From Candidatus Woesearchaeota archaeon (GTDB lineage Archaea > Nanobdellota > Nanobdellia > SCGC-AAA011-G17 > GW2011-AR18): a stretch of DNA of 64,000 nucleotides. Below are positions 37,872 through 47,736 of the stretch, in pieces; position 1 is the stretch's first letter, and every line of letters starts with the position of its first letter. The notes under the pieces are model-generated. The model made no database searches. It was not told the origin of the DNA and saw only the letters and a program-made list of their open reading frames with translations. The position numbers were made by a program, and so were the translations under genes. The DNA is taken from positions 68,482 through 132,481 of the forward strand of contig JAGVZG010000001.1 of NCBI GenBank assembly GCA_018302765.1, in the 5' to 3' direction.

Positions 37872-38566
37872 TGGTGTCGGAACAATACAAGAGATATGTA
37901 GAAAATTTTTCTCGAGTAAATGGCAATGGTGATTTATTTAATCCTATTCGTGAAATTTTTAGAACTAGAAGTGATTGGGTATTACCTATTGATTTTTTCT
38001 TAGTTGGATATCTAAATGATTCTGGAGACTATATTGAAAGTCTTGGAATTCCCGGTCTTCGTATAATGTGTCGAAGAGATTCTGCAATGTGGAATGGTTT
38101 TTGTTCTTATACTGAAAGACAATTAAATACTATTATTAATTATCTAAATAATAGTTATGGTTTACCAACAAAAGATAGATTAAATTTTTCTAGTAGAAAA
38201 TTTGTTATGCACACTGTTAAAATAACTGATATTCTTGATAGTTGTTGTTTGGAATTACCTGGCGATGAAGTAGTTGATTTATCTTCTAAAATTGACTCAA
38301 TTACTGTTAGAATTATACCAAGACTATCCCATCCATCAAAGTTTAATGTTGAACAAGGATTTTATCATGCGAATGGCGTTCTTGATATTTATCAATCTCC
38401 TGTTTTAAGAGGAGATATTTTAGCTCATGAAATAGGGCATGGCATATTTGGTTATGACCATCATGAAATAAAGGGTTGTTTGATGGATAGTACTTCAAAT
38501 AAAAATGAACCAAATATTAGCTTTTGTGAAGAAGATCAAAAAGTACTTGCAAGATTAATATCTTAA
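37871..38566 (+). CDS. archaemetzincin-like zinc metalloprotease
   Basis: HEIGHGIFGYDHH...GCLMD...FCEED matches the HExxHxxGxxH...CxM...C pattern of the archaemetzincin family. Confidence 0.55.
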   Translation: MVSEQYKRYVENFSRVNGNGDLFNPIREIFRTRSDWVLPIDFFLVGYLNDSGDYIESLGIPGLRIMCRRDSAMWNGFCSYTERQLNTIINYLNNSYGLPTKDRLNFSSRKFVMHTVKITDILDSCCLELPGDEVVDLSSKIDSITVRIIPRLSHPSKFNVEQGFYHANGVLDIYQSPVLRGDILAHEIGHGIFGYDHHEIKGCLMDSTSNKNEPNISFCEEDQKVLARLIS

Positions 38567-38803
38567 TTATTCTTCATCTGCCACAATCAATGTGCTTGTT
38601 TTTACTACGCCTTTTACTTTTCCTATTTTTTCCAAAGCCAGTTCTTTTAAGTCAATTAGGTTTTTTGATTTTACATGCACCATTATATCATATTCACCAT
38701 ATATTAAATGCACATTCTCTATTTCTTCTATATTTGTTAGTTCTTTGGCTACTTTATTTACATCTACACCTTCAACTGCAATCATAACATAAGCTCTTAC
38801 CAC
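38567..38803 (-). CDS. stand-alone Lrp/AsnC C-terminal (RAM) domain protein
   Basis: 78 aa. RAYVMIAVEGVDVNKVAKELTNIEEIENVHLIYGEYDIMVHVKSKNLIDLKELALEKIGKVKGV fits the RAM-domain beta-alpha-beta-beta-alpha-beta pattern. Confidence 0.5.
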   Translation of the reverse strand: MVRAYVMIAVEGVDVNKVAKELTNIEEIENVHLIYGEYDIMVHVKSKNLIDLKELALEKIGKVKGVVKTSTLIVADEE

Positions 38804-38815
38804 ATTAAAGCCTCC

Positions 38816-39340
38816 TTATTTTTTCTCCTTTACCAGCTCTAATTTTGTTAGGTTTGAATTAGGTATAAATATTATCTCATTATTATTTGTTTCTATTTTT
38901 GTTTCTAATAGTTTTATCTCTATTACTTTGCCTTTTATATCTTTGGTTTTTATTTTATCCCCTAGTTTTATTTTTTCAGTCCTTATTATATAAATTCCTG
39001 ATATAAGGTTTGGAAGCCAGTCTTTGAATGCCAAAATTATAAATATAACTATTAAAATAATGAATACTACAAGAATTGTCTGCAATATCTTTGTTGATAC
39101 ACCTAATTGGTTTAGTGCAAATATTATTGTTATCAGGTATATTATATATTTTACAATTGCGCTTATGTAATTCTCTAGATTTATTTTTATCTTTAATTGT
39201 TGTTCTAGTGTTTTGTTTACTTCTATGCCTTTTATAAATCTTCTAAGTATGTTGCTTGTTACTTGCGCTATTATTAGACCCATAATTAATATTAAAAACC
39301 CAGTTAATAGCCTTATTAATAATTCTTGATACGGGACCAT
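38816..39340 (-). CDS. small MscS-family mechanosensitive channel
   Basis: N-terminal TM helices followed by an MscS-like beta domain (KLGDKIKTKDIKGKVIEIKLLETKIETNNNEIIFIPNSNL). Confidence 0.55.
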   Translation of the reverse strand: MVPYQELLIRLLTGFLILIMGLIIAQVTSNILRRFIKGIEVNKTLEQQLKIKINLENYISAIVKYIIYLITIIFALNQLGVSTKILQTILVVFIILIVIFIILAFKDWLPNLISGIYIIRTEKIKLGDKIKTKDIKGKVIEIKLLETKIETNNNEIIFIPNSNLTKLELVKEKK

Positions 39341-39416
39341 ATTTGTTGTTTTGATTAAATCTTTTTAATTTTATGGCTATGAATTTATAAAAGTTGTGCT
39401 TTTTTATAGTTTTATT

Positions 39417-40016
39417 CTAAGAATCTGAATTTTTGCTTATATAAATCCTGTAGCCTGAGGATTTTGATATTTCAGTTACGTTGTTAAAAACCTCTTTCAT
39501 TTTCCTTGAGAGCTCTTTTCCGCCCTTGTTGTGCCTTGCTACTACCTGCAGTAAACCATTTTTTTCTAAGTATTCTTTAGAATTTTCTATTAATTTAAAG
39601 CACAATTCTTTGCCTGCAGTTTGCGGTGGATTTAATAGTATTGCATTAAATTTTTCTCTTATATTTTCAAACCCATTGCTTTGGACAACTGTTGCTTTTA
39701 GTTTATATATATCTAAGTTTTTCTTTGTTAACTGTATTGCTCTTTCATTTATGTCTGAGAAAGTTAATTTTAATGTTTTATTTGATTTAAGTAAAGCTAG
39801 ACCTATAATTCCATAACCGCAGCCTAAATCTAAAACTTTCCAGTTGTCTTCTATTATACATTTATTTATTAATATTTCAGAACCTAGGTCTACTCTAGAA
39901 ATTGAGAATAAACCAGATGCTGTGAAGAACTCTATTTCTTTGTTTCTTAATTTAACTTTTAATTTCTTTATTATTAATTTTGATTGGGGTGACTTGGTAA
40001 AGTAATGTTCTTGCAT
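39417..40016 (-). CDS. class I SAM-dependent methyltransferase (MTS small domain, NPPQ motif)
   Basis: SAM-binding LDLGCGYGIIG and catalytic NPPQ; 199 aa. Confidence 0.65.
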   Translation of the reverse strand: MQEHYFTKSPQSKLIIKKLKVKLRNKEIEFFTASGLFSISRVDLGSEILINKCIIEDNWKVLDLGCGYGIIGLALLKSNKTLKLTFSDINERAIQLTKKNLDIYKLKATVVQSNGFENIREKFNAILLNPPQTAGKELCFKLIENSKEYLEKNGLLQVVARHNKGGKELSRKMKEVFNNVTEISKSSGYRIYISKNSDS

Positions 40017-40090
40017 ATCTTTTATAAAATCTATAAATCTTTTAATAATTGCTCCGAAACATATTAAAATCTGAATAAGTTATTATTTTT

Positions 40091-41089
40091 ATGTCTGTCT
40101 ATGAATTGATAAAAATTAATTGGAAAGCCTATTGCTTAATGTCTGCTATTGCTTATATTGAAGAAATGACTAAACCTAAACATAAAGTTGAATATAAAAC
40201 TCGTTATGGTAAAAATTACAAATGTAATTCTTTTAGAAGTTTAAGACTTAAAATGAAAGATAAAGAATTTATTGATTATTTATTTAATATAACTAAAGAA
40301 TGGGGAAAAAAGAAAGGCATTAGATTTATTGGGCCTTCTTATAAAAAACCTAGATTAGAAAACTATGATAAACAATATTCATTTTTATTTAGTCCTTTAT
40401 GGTTGAATTTAATAATAGCTGAATGTGGAAAATTACCTAATAATTATTCTTATTCTACAGCATTAAAAAGAATTGAATATATGAAACATTATGATATAGT
40501 CCCAATAGATAAAGATAAAAATCTCTTTAATTTATTATTTAAAGATAAAAAATTAGCTGCTGGTGCTTTTATATTAAGTTTTGATTTAGAATGCCGTGGA
40601 GTACAATTTGGAAGAATTTCTTTGTGTATGAGTGAACCATTTAAAGATTTTTTAGAATTTATGCTAAATGTTGCTAAACATTATAGATGGACTAATAATA
40701 AAAATTTATCTCCTGTGAGTGTTGAGTATAGTAGAAAAATAGGAATAAAAGCATCAAATCAATACCAATTTGGAATAAGTATTAAAGGCTTAAAAGAAAT
40801 CTATGAATTAGCTGGCCCATTGATAATTAAAAATAAAGATCAATGTGTTAATTTTCATGTTCAACGTTCTAAAAATTATGTAAATCTAGGTGGAAAAGGC
40901 AGATTTAAATTAACTAGAGATAAAATATTAAATCAATTCAAAAATAAAAGTAATTTAACAACAACTCAATTACAATTTGTTGCTGGTGTTGGCGGTGATG
41001 TAGTTCTTGATCACTTAAATAAATTATATAAGGATGGAAAAATAAATAAAAAAAGACAGGGAAAAAGATATATATGGAACTTAATTTAA
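40091..41089 (+). CDS. hypothetical protein
   Basis: 332-aa ORF, Lys-rich, with no convincing motif. Confidence 0.45.
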   Translation: MSVYELIKINWKAYCLMSAIAYIEEMTKPKHKVEYKTRYGKNYKCNSFRSLRLKMKDKEFIDYLFNITKEWGKKKGIRFIGPSYKKPRLENYDKQYSFLFSPLWLNLIIAECGKLPNNYSYSTALKRIEYMKHYDIVPIDKDKNLFNLLFKDKKLAAGAFILSFDLECRGVQFGRISLCMSEPFKDFLEFMLNVAKHYRWTNNKNLSPVSVEYSRKIGIKASNQYQFGISIKGLKEIYELAGPLIIKNKDQCVNFHVQRSKNYVNLGGKGRFKLTRDKILNQFKNKSNLTTTQLQFVAGVGGDVVLDHLNKLYKDGKINKKRQGKRYIWNLI

Positions 41090-41104
41090 TTCTAATGAGA
41101 TAAA

Positions 41105-42091
41105 ATGCCAACAAATGCAGGAGTAGAATACAGCTTAGCTTTAGTAGAATATAATAAAGCTAAAACTAACGAGGAGAAAATTAGAGCTTTAGAAAAGGTT
41201 TATGCAGCTGCTCCCAAACACAAATCAGCGGAAAAGCTTTTACAAGAAATAAAAACTAAAATTTCAAAATTAAAAGCGAAAGTTGAAAAAGATAGAAGTA
41301 AAAAATCCGGAGGTTTTAGTTTAAGCATTAAAAAAGAAGGTGCTGCACAAGTTGCTTTAGTTGGATTGCCCAATTCTGGCAAAAGTACTATATTAAATAA
41401 ATTGACAGGAGCTAAAGTTGAGATTGCTGCTTATCCATTCACAACTAAAATGCCTGAAGTTGGAGTAATGGATTACAATGGGGTAAAGATACAAATTATA
41501 GAAATACCTGCTTTATTTGAAGGATTTATAGAAAGTGATAGAGGACCAAGTTTTTTAGCTATAGCAAGAAGCGCTGATTTAGTTATTGTTGTTTTAGATG
41601 GTACTGAGAACTGTGAGAAACAATTAGAAATTATTGAGGGGGAAATTGACAAAGCTTTTTTTAGATTAAAAACAGTAAAAAATTATAAAGCTAAAAATAA
41701 GACCGGTTTTGCCCAAGATTTAATAAATAAATATGAAAAGGAATTAGAGGAAAATACAAAAAAGTGTTTAGTTGTAGTAAATAAACTCATAAATAATTTT
41801 AAGTGTCCATATCCTGTATGCTGGGTTGATGATTTAAAAAATGCCATATGGAGTCTGCTAGATTTGGTTTATGTGCAGACTAAGATGCCTGGAAAAAAAG
41901 CAGACTGGCCTCCTGTTGCTTTGAGAAAAGGAAGCACTGTTGGAGAACTAGCTGGGGTTGTACATAAAGATTTTGTTAAGAACTTTAAATATGCGAGAAT
42001 ATGGGGAAAAAGTGTGAAACATAATAGAAGCACTGTTGGTTTAGATCATGTTTTAGGCGAAGGGGACGTTGTTGAGATTCATACTAAATAA
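41105..42091 (+). CDS. Obg/DRG-family GTPase with C-terminal TGS domain
   Basis: G1 GLPNSGKST, G2 PFTT, a G3 region, and a C-terminal TGS-like RIWGKSVKH...GDVVEI. Confidence 0.75.
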   Translation: MPTNAGVEYSLALVEYNKAKTNEEKIRALEKVYAAAPKHKSAEKLLQEIKTKISKLKAKVEKDRSKKSGGFSLSIKKEGAAQVALVGLPNSGKSTILNKLTGAKVEIAAYPFTTKMPEVGVMDYNGVKIQIIEIPALFEGFIESDRGPSFLAIARSADLVIVVLDGTENCEKQLEIIEGEIDKAFFRLKTVKNYKAKNKTGFAQDLINKYEKELEENTKKCLVVVNKLINNFKCPYPVCWVDDLKNAIWSLLDLVYVQTKMPGKKADWPPVALRKGSTVGELAGVVHKDFVKNFKYARIWGKSVKHNRSTVGLDHVLGEGDVVEIHTK

Positions 42092-42148
42092 TTTTGTTGT
42101 TCTGCCACCATAAAGCTTAAAAAAGGCTTATATCTTAATAGTTTTGGT

Positions 42149-42778
42149 ATGATTAGCAGGATAAAGGGTTTTTTCGGCGGCGTTTTTAGTGTATTTAAAA
42201 AAAGAAGATCTATAAAATTAGGAATATATGGTCACCCGAATGCAGGTAAGAGTACAATCGCAAATAGAATTTCTAAGGACTGGTTAGGTGAAGAGTTTAC
42301 AAAATCAAGTGCAGTTCCTCATGAAACTAGAGAAGTAATAGTAAAGGAAAAGGTTACTATTAAGTCAAAAGGAAAAGAACTTACTTTTAATTTAGTTGAT
42401 ACTCCAGGCATAGCAACAAAGATTGATTATGAAGATTTCTTGAAGTTTAAAATTAATCCTAAAGAGGCAAAGGAAAGGGCTAAGGAAGCTACCAAAGGAG
42501 TTATAGAAGCTATTAAGTGGCTTGACGATATGGATTGCGTTTTAGTAGTTATAGATTCAACACAAAACCCTTACAGTCAAGTTAATATTACAATTATTGG
42601 AAATTTAGCTGCTAGAGATATTCCAGTTTTAATAGTTGCTAATAAAATAGATTTAAGGAAGTCAGACGTTAAAAGGGTAGAATCAGCTTTCCCGCAATAC
42701 CCAACTGTTGCAGTAAGTGCTATTAAGGGAGACAATATGGAGTCATTTTATGAGCACTTGTTTAAGCTTGTCAAATAA
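42149..42778 (+). CDS. small GTP-binding protein (Era/EngB-like)
   Basis: G1 GHPNAGKST, G3 DTPG, G4 ANKID. Confidence 0.65.
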   Translation: MISRIKGFFGGVFSVFKKRRSIKLGIYGHPNAGKSTIANRISKDWLGEEFTKSSAVPHETREVIVKEKVTIKSKGKELTFNLVDTPGIATKIDYEDFLKFKINPKEAKERAKEATKGVIEAIKWLDDMDCVLVVIDSTQNPYSQVNITIIGNLAARDIPVLIVANKIDLRKSDVKRVESAFPQYPTVAVSAIKGDNMESFYEHLFKLVK

Positions 42779-42793
42779 AAAAGAGGAGGAAAC

Positions 42794-43168
42794 ATGCTAA
42801 CATTACAATATGTACCACATCATGAATTTGTTTCTTTGGACATGGATGAAAAGATAAGAAGAATTCTTAAATCTGTTAAGGATGGTAAAATTTTGTTGAT
42901 TGAAGGAAGATTGGATCATATTGAAGAATCAGAACTAATAAAGAGAACAATGCAGATAATAAACAAAACTTTCAAAGGCATAGAGATTGCAAGCATAGAT
43001 TATGAGTTCAAGGGTGATTTTTTAGACAAACTTAAGAAAGATATTGCGCATTTTTTATTAAGAAAGAGATCTGGTTTAACAATTGTAGGTCCTGCAACCA
43101 TAGTTAAGGAAATAAGGAAAGATCCTAGCAAAATAGAACTTTTAACTATGGAAAAAAAGAAGAAATGA
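42794..43168 (+). CDS. hypothetical protein (possibly DUF2073-like archaeal protein)
   Basis: 124-aa ORF downstream of the GTPase. The family assignment is from memory only. Confidence 0.35.
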   Translation: MLTLQYVPHHEFVSLDMDEKIRRILKSVKDGKILLIEGRLDHIEESELIKRTMQIINKTFKGIEIASIDYEFKGDFLDKLKKDIAHFLLRKRSGLTIVGPATIVKEIRKDPSKIELLTMEKKKK

Positions 43169-43357
43169 TATTTAGGAATCATAGGATAAACCCTGGCTTT
43201 ATTGTTGTTGGGTCTTTTGTTTTTACTTCTTTAGTACATTATTTTATATTTAGTAGATTGCAGCAGGTTAATTCTACAGTGCATGCTTTTATTGGAACAT
43301 TATTATTTTTTATAGTTTTTACTGTAAGTTCTTCTTTGAATAGGAAATAATATTTTA

Positions 43358-43759
43358 CTAAAAATATTTATTGTTTTTTCCTGATATTGAGTAAAATGCT
43401 AAGCCAACTGCAACCAGACCTAAGCCTATTTCTAGTTCATGGTTTCCTAATTTGACAGCTAGATCTCTGTCTCTTTGAATTTTTCCGCCTGTTGCTGTCA
43501 ATTCACTATAACAGCACCAAGATCCAGATATGAAACCAGATTCGTCACAAGTTCCTTCATTATAATTACTAACTCTTGTTTGATAAAGAGGAAAGCATTC
43601 GTGTTCAAGTTTAACTCCTAAAATTTTTGAAGTTATATTTACATCGGGAAGAACGCCATCATCAAGAGTATTTTCTAGAGTGCATTTAATTAAAACATTA
43701 CCAGCAAGCACCAAACCTCCTAAAAATGCAATTGCTCCAGCAGGTTTATTTTTTATCAT
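43358..43759 (-). CDS. secreted/membrane Cys-containing hypothetical protein
   Basis: N-terminal hydrophobic segment, several Cys, and a C-terminal hydrophobic segment. Confidence 0.4.
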   Translation of the reverse strand: MIKNKPAGAIAFLGGLVLAGNVLIKCTLENTLDDGVLPDVNITSKILGVKLEHECFPLYQTRVSNYNEGTCDESGFISGSWCCYSELTATGGKIQRDRDLAVKLGNHELEIGLGLVAVGLAFYSISGKNNKYF

Positions 43760-43900
43760 TTTAAGTAATTGTTCTGTTATTTTATTTAAAACTTTCTATT
43801 GGTAATTACTTGTTAGTAATTAAATAATTCAGTACAAAACTAATTATTTTTACAGAAACTTTAATATAGTACGTTTTTTTATTAATTATAGTGATACAAA

Positions 43901-44287
43901 GTGCCCCACCAATGTGTTAAGTGTAATAAAATATACGAAGATGCAAGTAACGAAATTCTGAAAGGTTGCAACAGTTGCGGTGGTAAATTTTTCTTTTTTA
44001 TTAAGAAAGAGGCTTTGGAACGTGTTAAGGAAGTTACAAGTCAATTAACAAAGGAAGATAAAGAAAAGATAGAAAGGGATGTTTTAGATATTATTGGCTA
44101 TGAAGAGGATAAGCCTATTATTTTGGATTTGGCTTCTGTCAATATCCTGAAACCTGGCAAATTTGAATTGGATATAGTTAGATTGTTTAAGGGAGAGCCA
44201 ATGGTTTATAGACTAGAAGAGGGAAAATATGTTATAGATATAGCTGAGACTTTTAAAAACGTGAAAAAGAGCTTAGTTGGAAAGTAA
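43901..44287 (+). CDS. Zn-ribbon protein
   Basis: CVKC...CNSCG (two CxxC pairs) at the N-terminus; 128 aa. Confidence 0.45.
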   Translation: MPHQCVKCNKIYEDASNEILKGCNSCGGKFFFFIKKEALERVKEVTSQLTKEDKEKIERDVLDIIGYEEDKPIILDLASVNILKPGKFELDIVRLFKGEPMVYRLEEGKYVIDIAETFKNVKKSLVGK

Positions 44288-44603
44288 AATGTCAATGCAG
44301 CATATTCAGAAACAAGTTGATGAATGGACTCAACAATTTAAAGTTCCTTATTGGAGTCCGTTAGAAATGCTGGCTAGGTTAACTGAAGAGACTGGAGAGC
44401 TAGCGAGAGAAGTAAATCATCGTTTTGGTCCTAAAAAGAAAAAACCTACTGAGGAAGTTAAAGAGGTTGGAGATGAAATAGGAGACATAATATTTACAGT
44501 TTGCTGCTTAGCTAATTCTCTCAATATAAATCTTGATGATAGCTTTTCTAGAGTAATGGATAAATGTTATGGAAGAGATAAAGATAGATATGAGAAAAAA
44601 TAA
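44277..44603 (+). CDS. MazG-like nucleoside triphosphate pyrophosphohydrolase
   Basis: EExGELAxE and EVGDEIGDIIF motifs (the EExxE...ExxD pattern of all-alpha NTP-PPases). Confidence 0.7.
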   Translation: MESKMSMQHIQKQVDEWTQQFKVPYWSPLEMLARLTEETGELAREVNHRFGPKKKKPTEEVKEVGDEIGDIIFTVCCLANSLNINLDDSFSRVMDKCYGRDKDRYEKK

Positions 44604-44611
44604 TTTCTAAA

Positions 44612-45247
44612 ATGGCATTTAAACTAATTTGTTTTGATATGGATGGCGTTATTTTTAAAGATATTAATTTTTGGATTGAGCTACATAAAAAGTTTGGAAC
44701 ACTAGAACAAGGTAAAATATTGACTGAAAAATATCTCCATTCAGATTATGCTAAATTAGTTGAGGAAGTAGTTATTAAGTTGTGGAAGGGGAAAAACGCT
44801 GAACTATATTATGATTTAGTTAATTCTTTGGAATATTTGCCTGGTGTTAAAGAAGTTTTTAATTATGTGAAGAACAATTATTATTTTACTGCAATTATTA
44901 GTGGTTCAAGTATAGATGTTGCTAGAAGAGTTCAAAGAGATTTTGGTATAGATCATATATATGCTAATGAATTAGTTATTAAAAATGGAAAAGTAAGTGG
45001 TGAATTTGTTTGGCCAATAGGTGCAGGAAAAGAGAAAAAGGCACAAATTATTATGAATTTATGTAATGATTTGAATATACTTACAAAAGAAGCTATTTAT
45101 ATTGGAGATAGTGATAATGATATAGAAGCATTTAAAGAAGTAGGTTTATCTATTGCGTTTAATTCTGATTCTAAAGAACTGAAAAAATTTGCAACTTATG
45201 TTGTTGATAGTAATAATTTATCTGATATATTGAAGTATTTACCTTAA
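44612..45247 (+). CDS. HAD-superfamily hydrolase (phosphoserine phosphatase-like, subfamily IB)
   Basis: Motif I FDMDGV and motif IV GDSDND. Confidence 0.7.
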   Translation: MAFKLICFDMDGVIFKDINFWIELHKKFGTLEQGKILTEKYLHSDYAKLVEEVVIKLWKGKNAELYYDLVNSLEYLPGVKEVFNYVKNNYYFTAIISGSSIDVARRVQRDFGIDHIYANELVIKNGKVSGEFVWPIGAGKEKKAQIIMNLCNDLNILTKEAIYIGDSDNDIEAFKEVGLSIAFNSDSKELKKFATYVVDSNNLSDILKYLP

Positions 45248-45317
45248 ACTCTAACTTCAATTTTTCTTCTATTGTCTAGGTCTTTAAGAAGCTCTTGTCC
45301 TAATTTGGATTTTTTAT
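45244..45317. repeat. 74-bp perfect direct repeat, copy 1 of 2 (flanks the hicBA cassette; duplicates the 3' end of the PIN-PhoH-KH ATPase gene)
   Basis: Identical to 45805-45878. Confidence 0.85.
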
Positions 45318-45559
45318 AAATATTTTGCAAATTCTTCTTCATCTATTTTTGCTAGTTTTAATACAGATTTAAGAGTTCCTATTTTTATTTCTTTATGCAT
45401 TGGAACAACAGTACCAACTTTTCCTTCAGGTGTTTCTTTAGATAATCTTACATGGCTTCCAGTTCTGCCACTTATTTGGAATCCAAGTTTATTACAAAGA
45501 ATTTTAATTGCTTCCTGTCCTGAAACTTTTCTTAGCTGTGGCATGAATATCAACCTCAA
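45314..45559 (-). CDS. hicA: HicA-family mRNA interferase toxin
   Basis: SGRTGSHVRL motif (GSH) and a dsRBD-like fold; 81 aa (the start may be the internal Met). Confidence 0.7.
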   Translation of the reverse strand: MRLIFMPQLRKVSGQEAIKILCNKLGFQISGRTGSHVRLSKETPEGKVGTVVPMHKEIKIGTLKSVLKLAKIDEEEFAKYL

Positions 45560-45743
45560 ATGTAGTCATTATGGGCTTCTCTATATCCTCTGCAGGAAAT
45601 TCTTCTAAGTATAACTCTGTAGCTTCTTTTAGATTAAATATTGCTTCTTCTATAGTATTGCCCTGACTAACTGTACCAATTTCAGGGCATTCGGCAACAT
45701 ACACATCTTCTTCTTTATGTAAAACTGCAGTTAACGTTTTCAT
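45504..45743 (-). CDS. hicB: HicB-family antitoxin
   Basis: YVAECPEIGTVSQGNTIEEAIFNLKEATELYLEE matches the HicB/UPF0150 N-terminal domain. It lies upstream of hicA with overlap. Confidence 0.7.
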   Translation of the reverse strand: MKTLTAVLHKEEDVYVAECPEIGTVSQGNTIEEAIFNLKEATELYLEEFPAEDIEKPIMTTFEVDIHATAKKSFRTGSN

Positions 45744-45804
45744 AATATTTTATAGTTGTACATTTTTATATACTTATCGCCCCTTTAAACGTAAATCTTT
45801 CAGA

Positions 45805-45878
45805 TTAAACTCTAACTTCAATTTTTCTTCTATTGTCTAGGTCTTTAAGAAGCTCTTGTCCTAATTTGGATTTTTTAT
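45805..45878. repeat. 74-bp direct repeat, copy 2 of 2 (native 3' end of the ATPase gene)
   Basis: Identical to 45244-45317. Confidence 0.85.
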
Positions 45879-47628
45879 TTATTTTTAATTCTGCTTTATT
45901 TCCTATAGTATATGTTAACAAAAAATGGCCATCAACGTAAACTTCTGCTATTTTTCCTGCATGTTCTTGGGGAAGTTTGAATACTAATGCTTTTTTTGAT
46001 TCTTCAACTTTATAATTTATAGGAATTTTATCAGACTCTTCATTTTCTATAACTTCTTTTAGTTCTTTTACTGTTAGACCAAAACCTAACTTTTTTTCTA
46101 TTTGAGAAATGTTCTTGCCTTCTTTGCCTATGAATTTAGCTATTTCATCTTCTGGAAGATATACTTCTGCTCTGTTATTATTTATTATTTTTACTTTGAC
46201 ATCATTAACATAAGCTCTAAGTTCTCTTTCTAGTTGTTTTGCTGCTAATGCTTTTGTAGGATCATGCAAGAATTCTTCTTGTACAGGAATTACTACTGTT
46301 TCTTCACCATAGCTGTATATTTCAAATTCTAGTTTGTTTGTTATATAATCACGAACTTCAATTACAGGTCTTGCAAGGTCTGCTTCTGTCATCCCAGAAG
46401 GGACTTTTACTATCATTTGTACTGTAAGTATTCTTGAGACATTTCCTTTTTCTATAAATATTAAAGTATCTAGAACACTTGGAATCATACCAACTTCTAA
46501 TCTTCCAATAAATCTTTGTATTGCATCTATGGGGGTAGCTGCATGTAATACTCCTAAAACATTTGATCCACCTAATCTTAAATCTGTGAATAATATAAAA
46601 TCTGGAGTATCTCTCATTTCATCAAATATAATATAATCAGGCCTTGATAAAAACAAAATGTCATGGATTTCTTCTGAGCTTGCTAGATTTTTACTGTACT
46701 GCGTAACGTCTTTGCTTAGAATTAAACTTCTAGGACTTTCTATTGTTTTTGTTATAAAACTATTAGTTGCATAATATTCTGCTAGAGATTGTGCGAAGGT
46801 AGATTTTCCAGATCCCGTAGTGCCAGCAATTATAACACCTCTTGCTTTTGTCTTTACTCTTTCTGCTATGTTAGTTGGTAAATTATAATCATCAATTTTT
46901 AAGACTTTAATCGGTCTTACAGCAGTTATTTCCCAGCCGTCAGAAACTGGTGTTTTAGTTATTACTATTCTGTAATTTTTGTATTGAACTATTGTTGATC
47001 CAGGTCTTGAAATTTCAATAAATGCATCAGACTCTATCCTTGATCTTTCTACTATTTCTTTTGCCATTTCTTGTACTTCTTGTTGAGTTAGAATATTTGT
47101 GGCTACGTCTAATAATTTCCATTCTCCTGGCTTTCCTTTTTTAGCCCTTGGAGGGCAACCTTCTCTCAGATGCACAGACATTGTTTCATAATCAAAATAT
47201 TGTTCAATTTCTAAAGCTTCTGTTAATTGCCTATGTGGAGAATATATTACTTCTACGCCTAATGCTTTTGCTGATTCTGCTTGTATTCTATCTGCTGTAA
47301 CCAGAATAGCTCCTTCATTGTAGGCAATATCCCTTATTATAGCATCTATCTCTCCACCTTGTTTTGCATAAGCAATTTGATAGAGGTTTGGACGTTCTCC
47401 TGTAAACATTAGTGTTATTTTTCCTTCTTTGAATAGCTTTTGTAAGTTTTGAACTTCTTCTAAACCTAGAAATCCAATCTCTTGGCCTGTGTTAGCCTGG
47501 TGTTCTAGTTCAGCCATTACAGCTTTAGGCACTATAATTTTACCTGAAATTTTCTTAGATTTGATAAACTGAGACACTAGGCGTTCTACAACTACAGATG
47601 TATCAACAACATATGTTTTTTCTTCCAT
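45805..47628 (-). CDS. PIN-domain + PhoH-like ATPase + KH-domain protein (archaeal PilT/PhoH2-like)
   Basis: N-terminal PIN (VVDTSVV), Walker A AGTTGSGKST, and a C-terminal KH GxxG (IGKEGKNI); 607 aa. Confidence 0.7.
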   Translation of the reverse strand: MEEKTYVVDTSVVVERLVSQFIKSKKISGKIIVPKAVMAELEHQANTGQEIGFLGLEEVQNLQKLFKEGKITLMFTGERPNLYQIAYAKQGGEIDAIIRDIAYNEGAILVTADRIQAESAKALGVEVIYSPHRQLTEALEIEQYFDYETMSVHLREGCPPRAKKGKPGEWKLLDVATNILTQQEVQEMAKEIVERSRIESDAFIEISRPGSTIVQYKNYRIVITKTPVSDGWEITAVRPIKVLKIDDYNLPTNIAERVKTKARGVIIAGTTGSGKSTFAQSLAEYYATNSFITKTIESPRSLILSKDVTQYSKNLASSEEIHDILFLSRPDYIIFDEMRDTPDFILFTDLRLGGSNVLGVLHAATPIDAIQRFIGRLEVGMIPSVLDTLIFIEKGNVSRILTVQMIVKVPSGMTEADLARPVIEVRDYITNKLEFEIYSYGEETVVIPVQEEFLHDPTKALAAKQLERELRAYVNDVKVKIINNNRAEVYLPEDEIAKFIGKEGKNISQIEKKLGFGLTVKELKEVIENEESDKIPINYKVEESKKALVFKLPQEHAGKIAEVYVDGHFLLTYTIGNKAELKINKKSKLGQELLKDLDNRRKIEVRV

Positions 47629-47736
47629 TGTATTTTGTTTTATTATATTTTATTTAAATGTTTCTAGTACTTTTCTTTGCTATGGATTTGATTTATAACT
47701 AATAAAGGACATCACAAACTATAAATATTATTTTTC

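Noticed and set aside
38590-38792. Two plus-strand ~65-aa ORFs overlapping the Lrp-C-terminal-domain gene
   Set aside because: The minus-strand product has a coherent RAM-domain pattern. The plus frames are Leu/Phe low-complexity.
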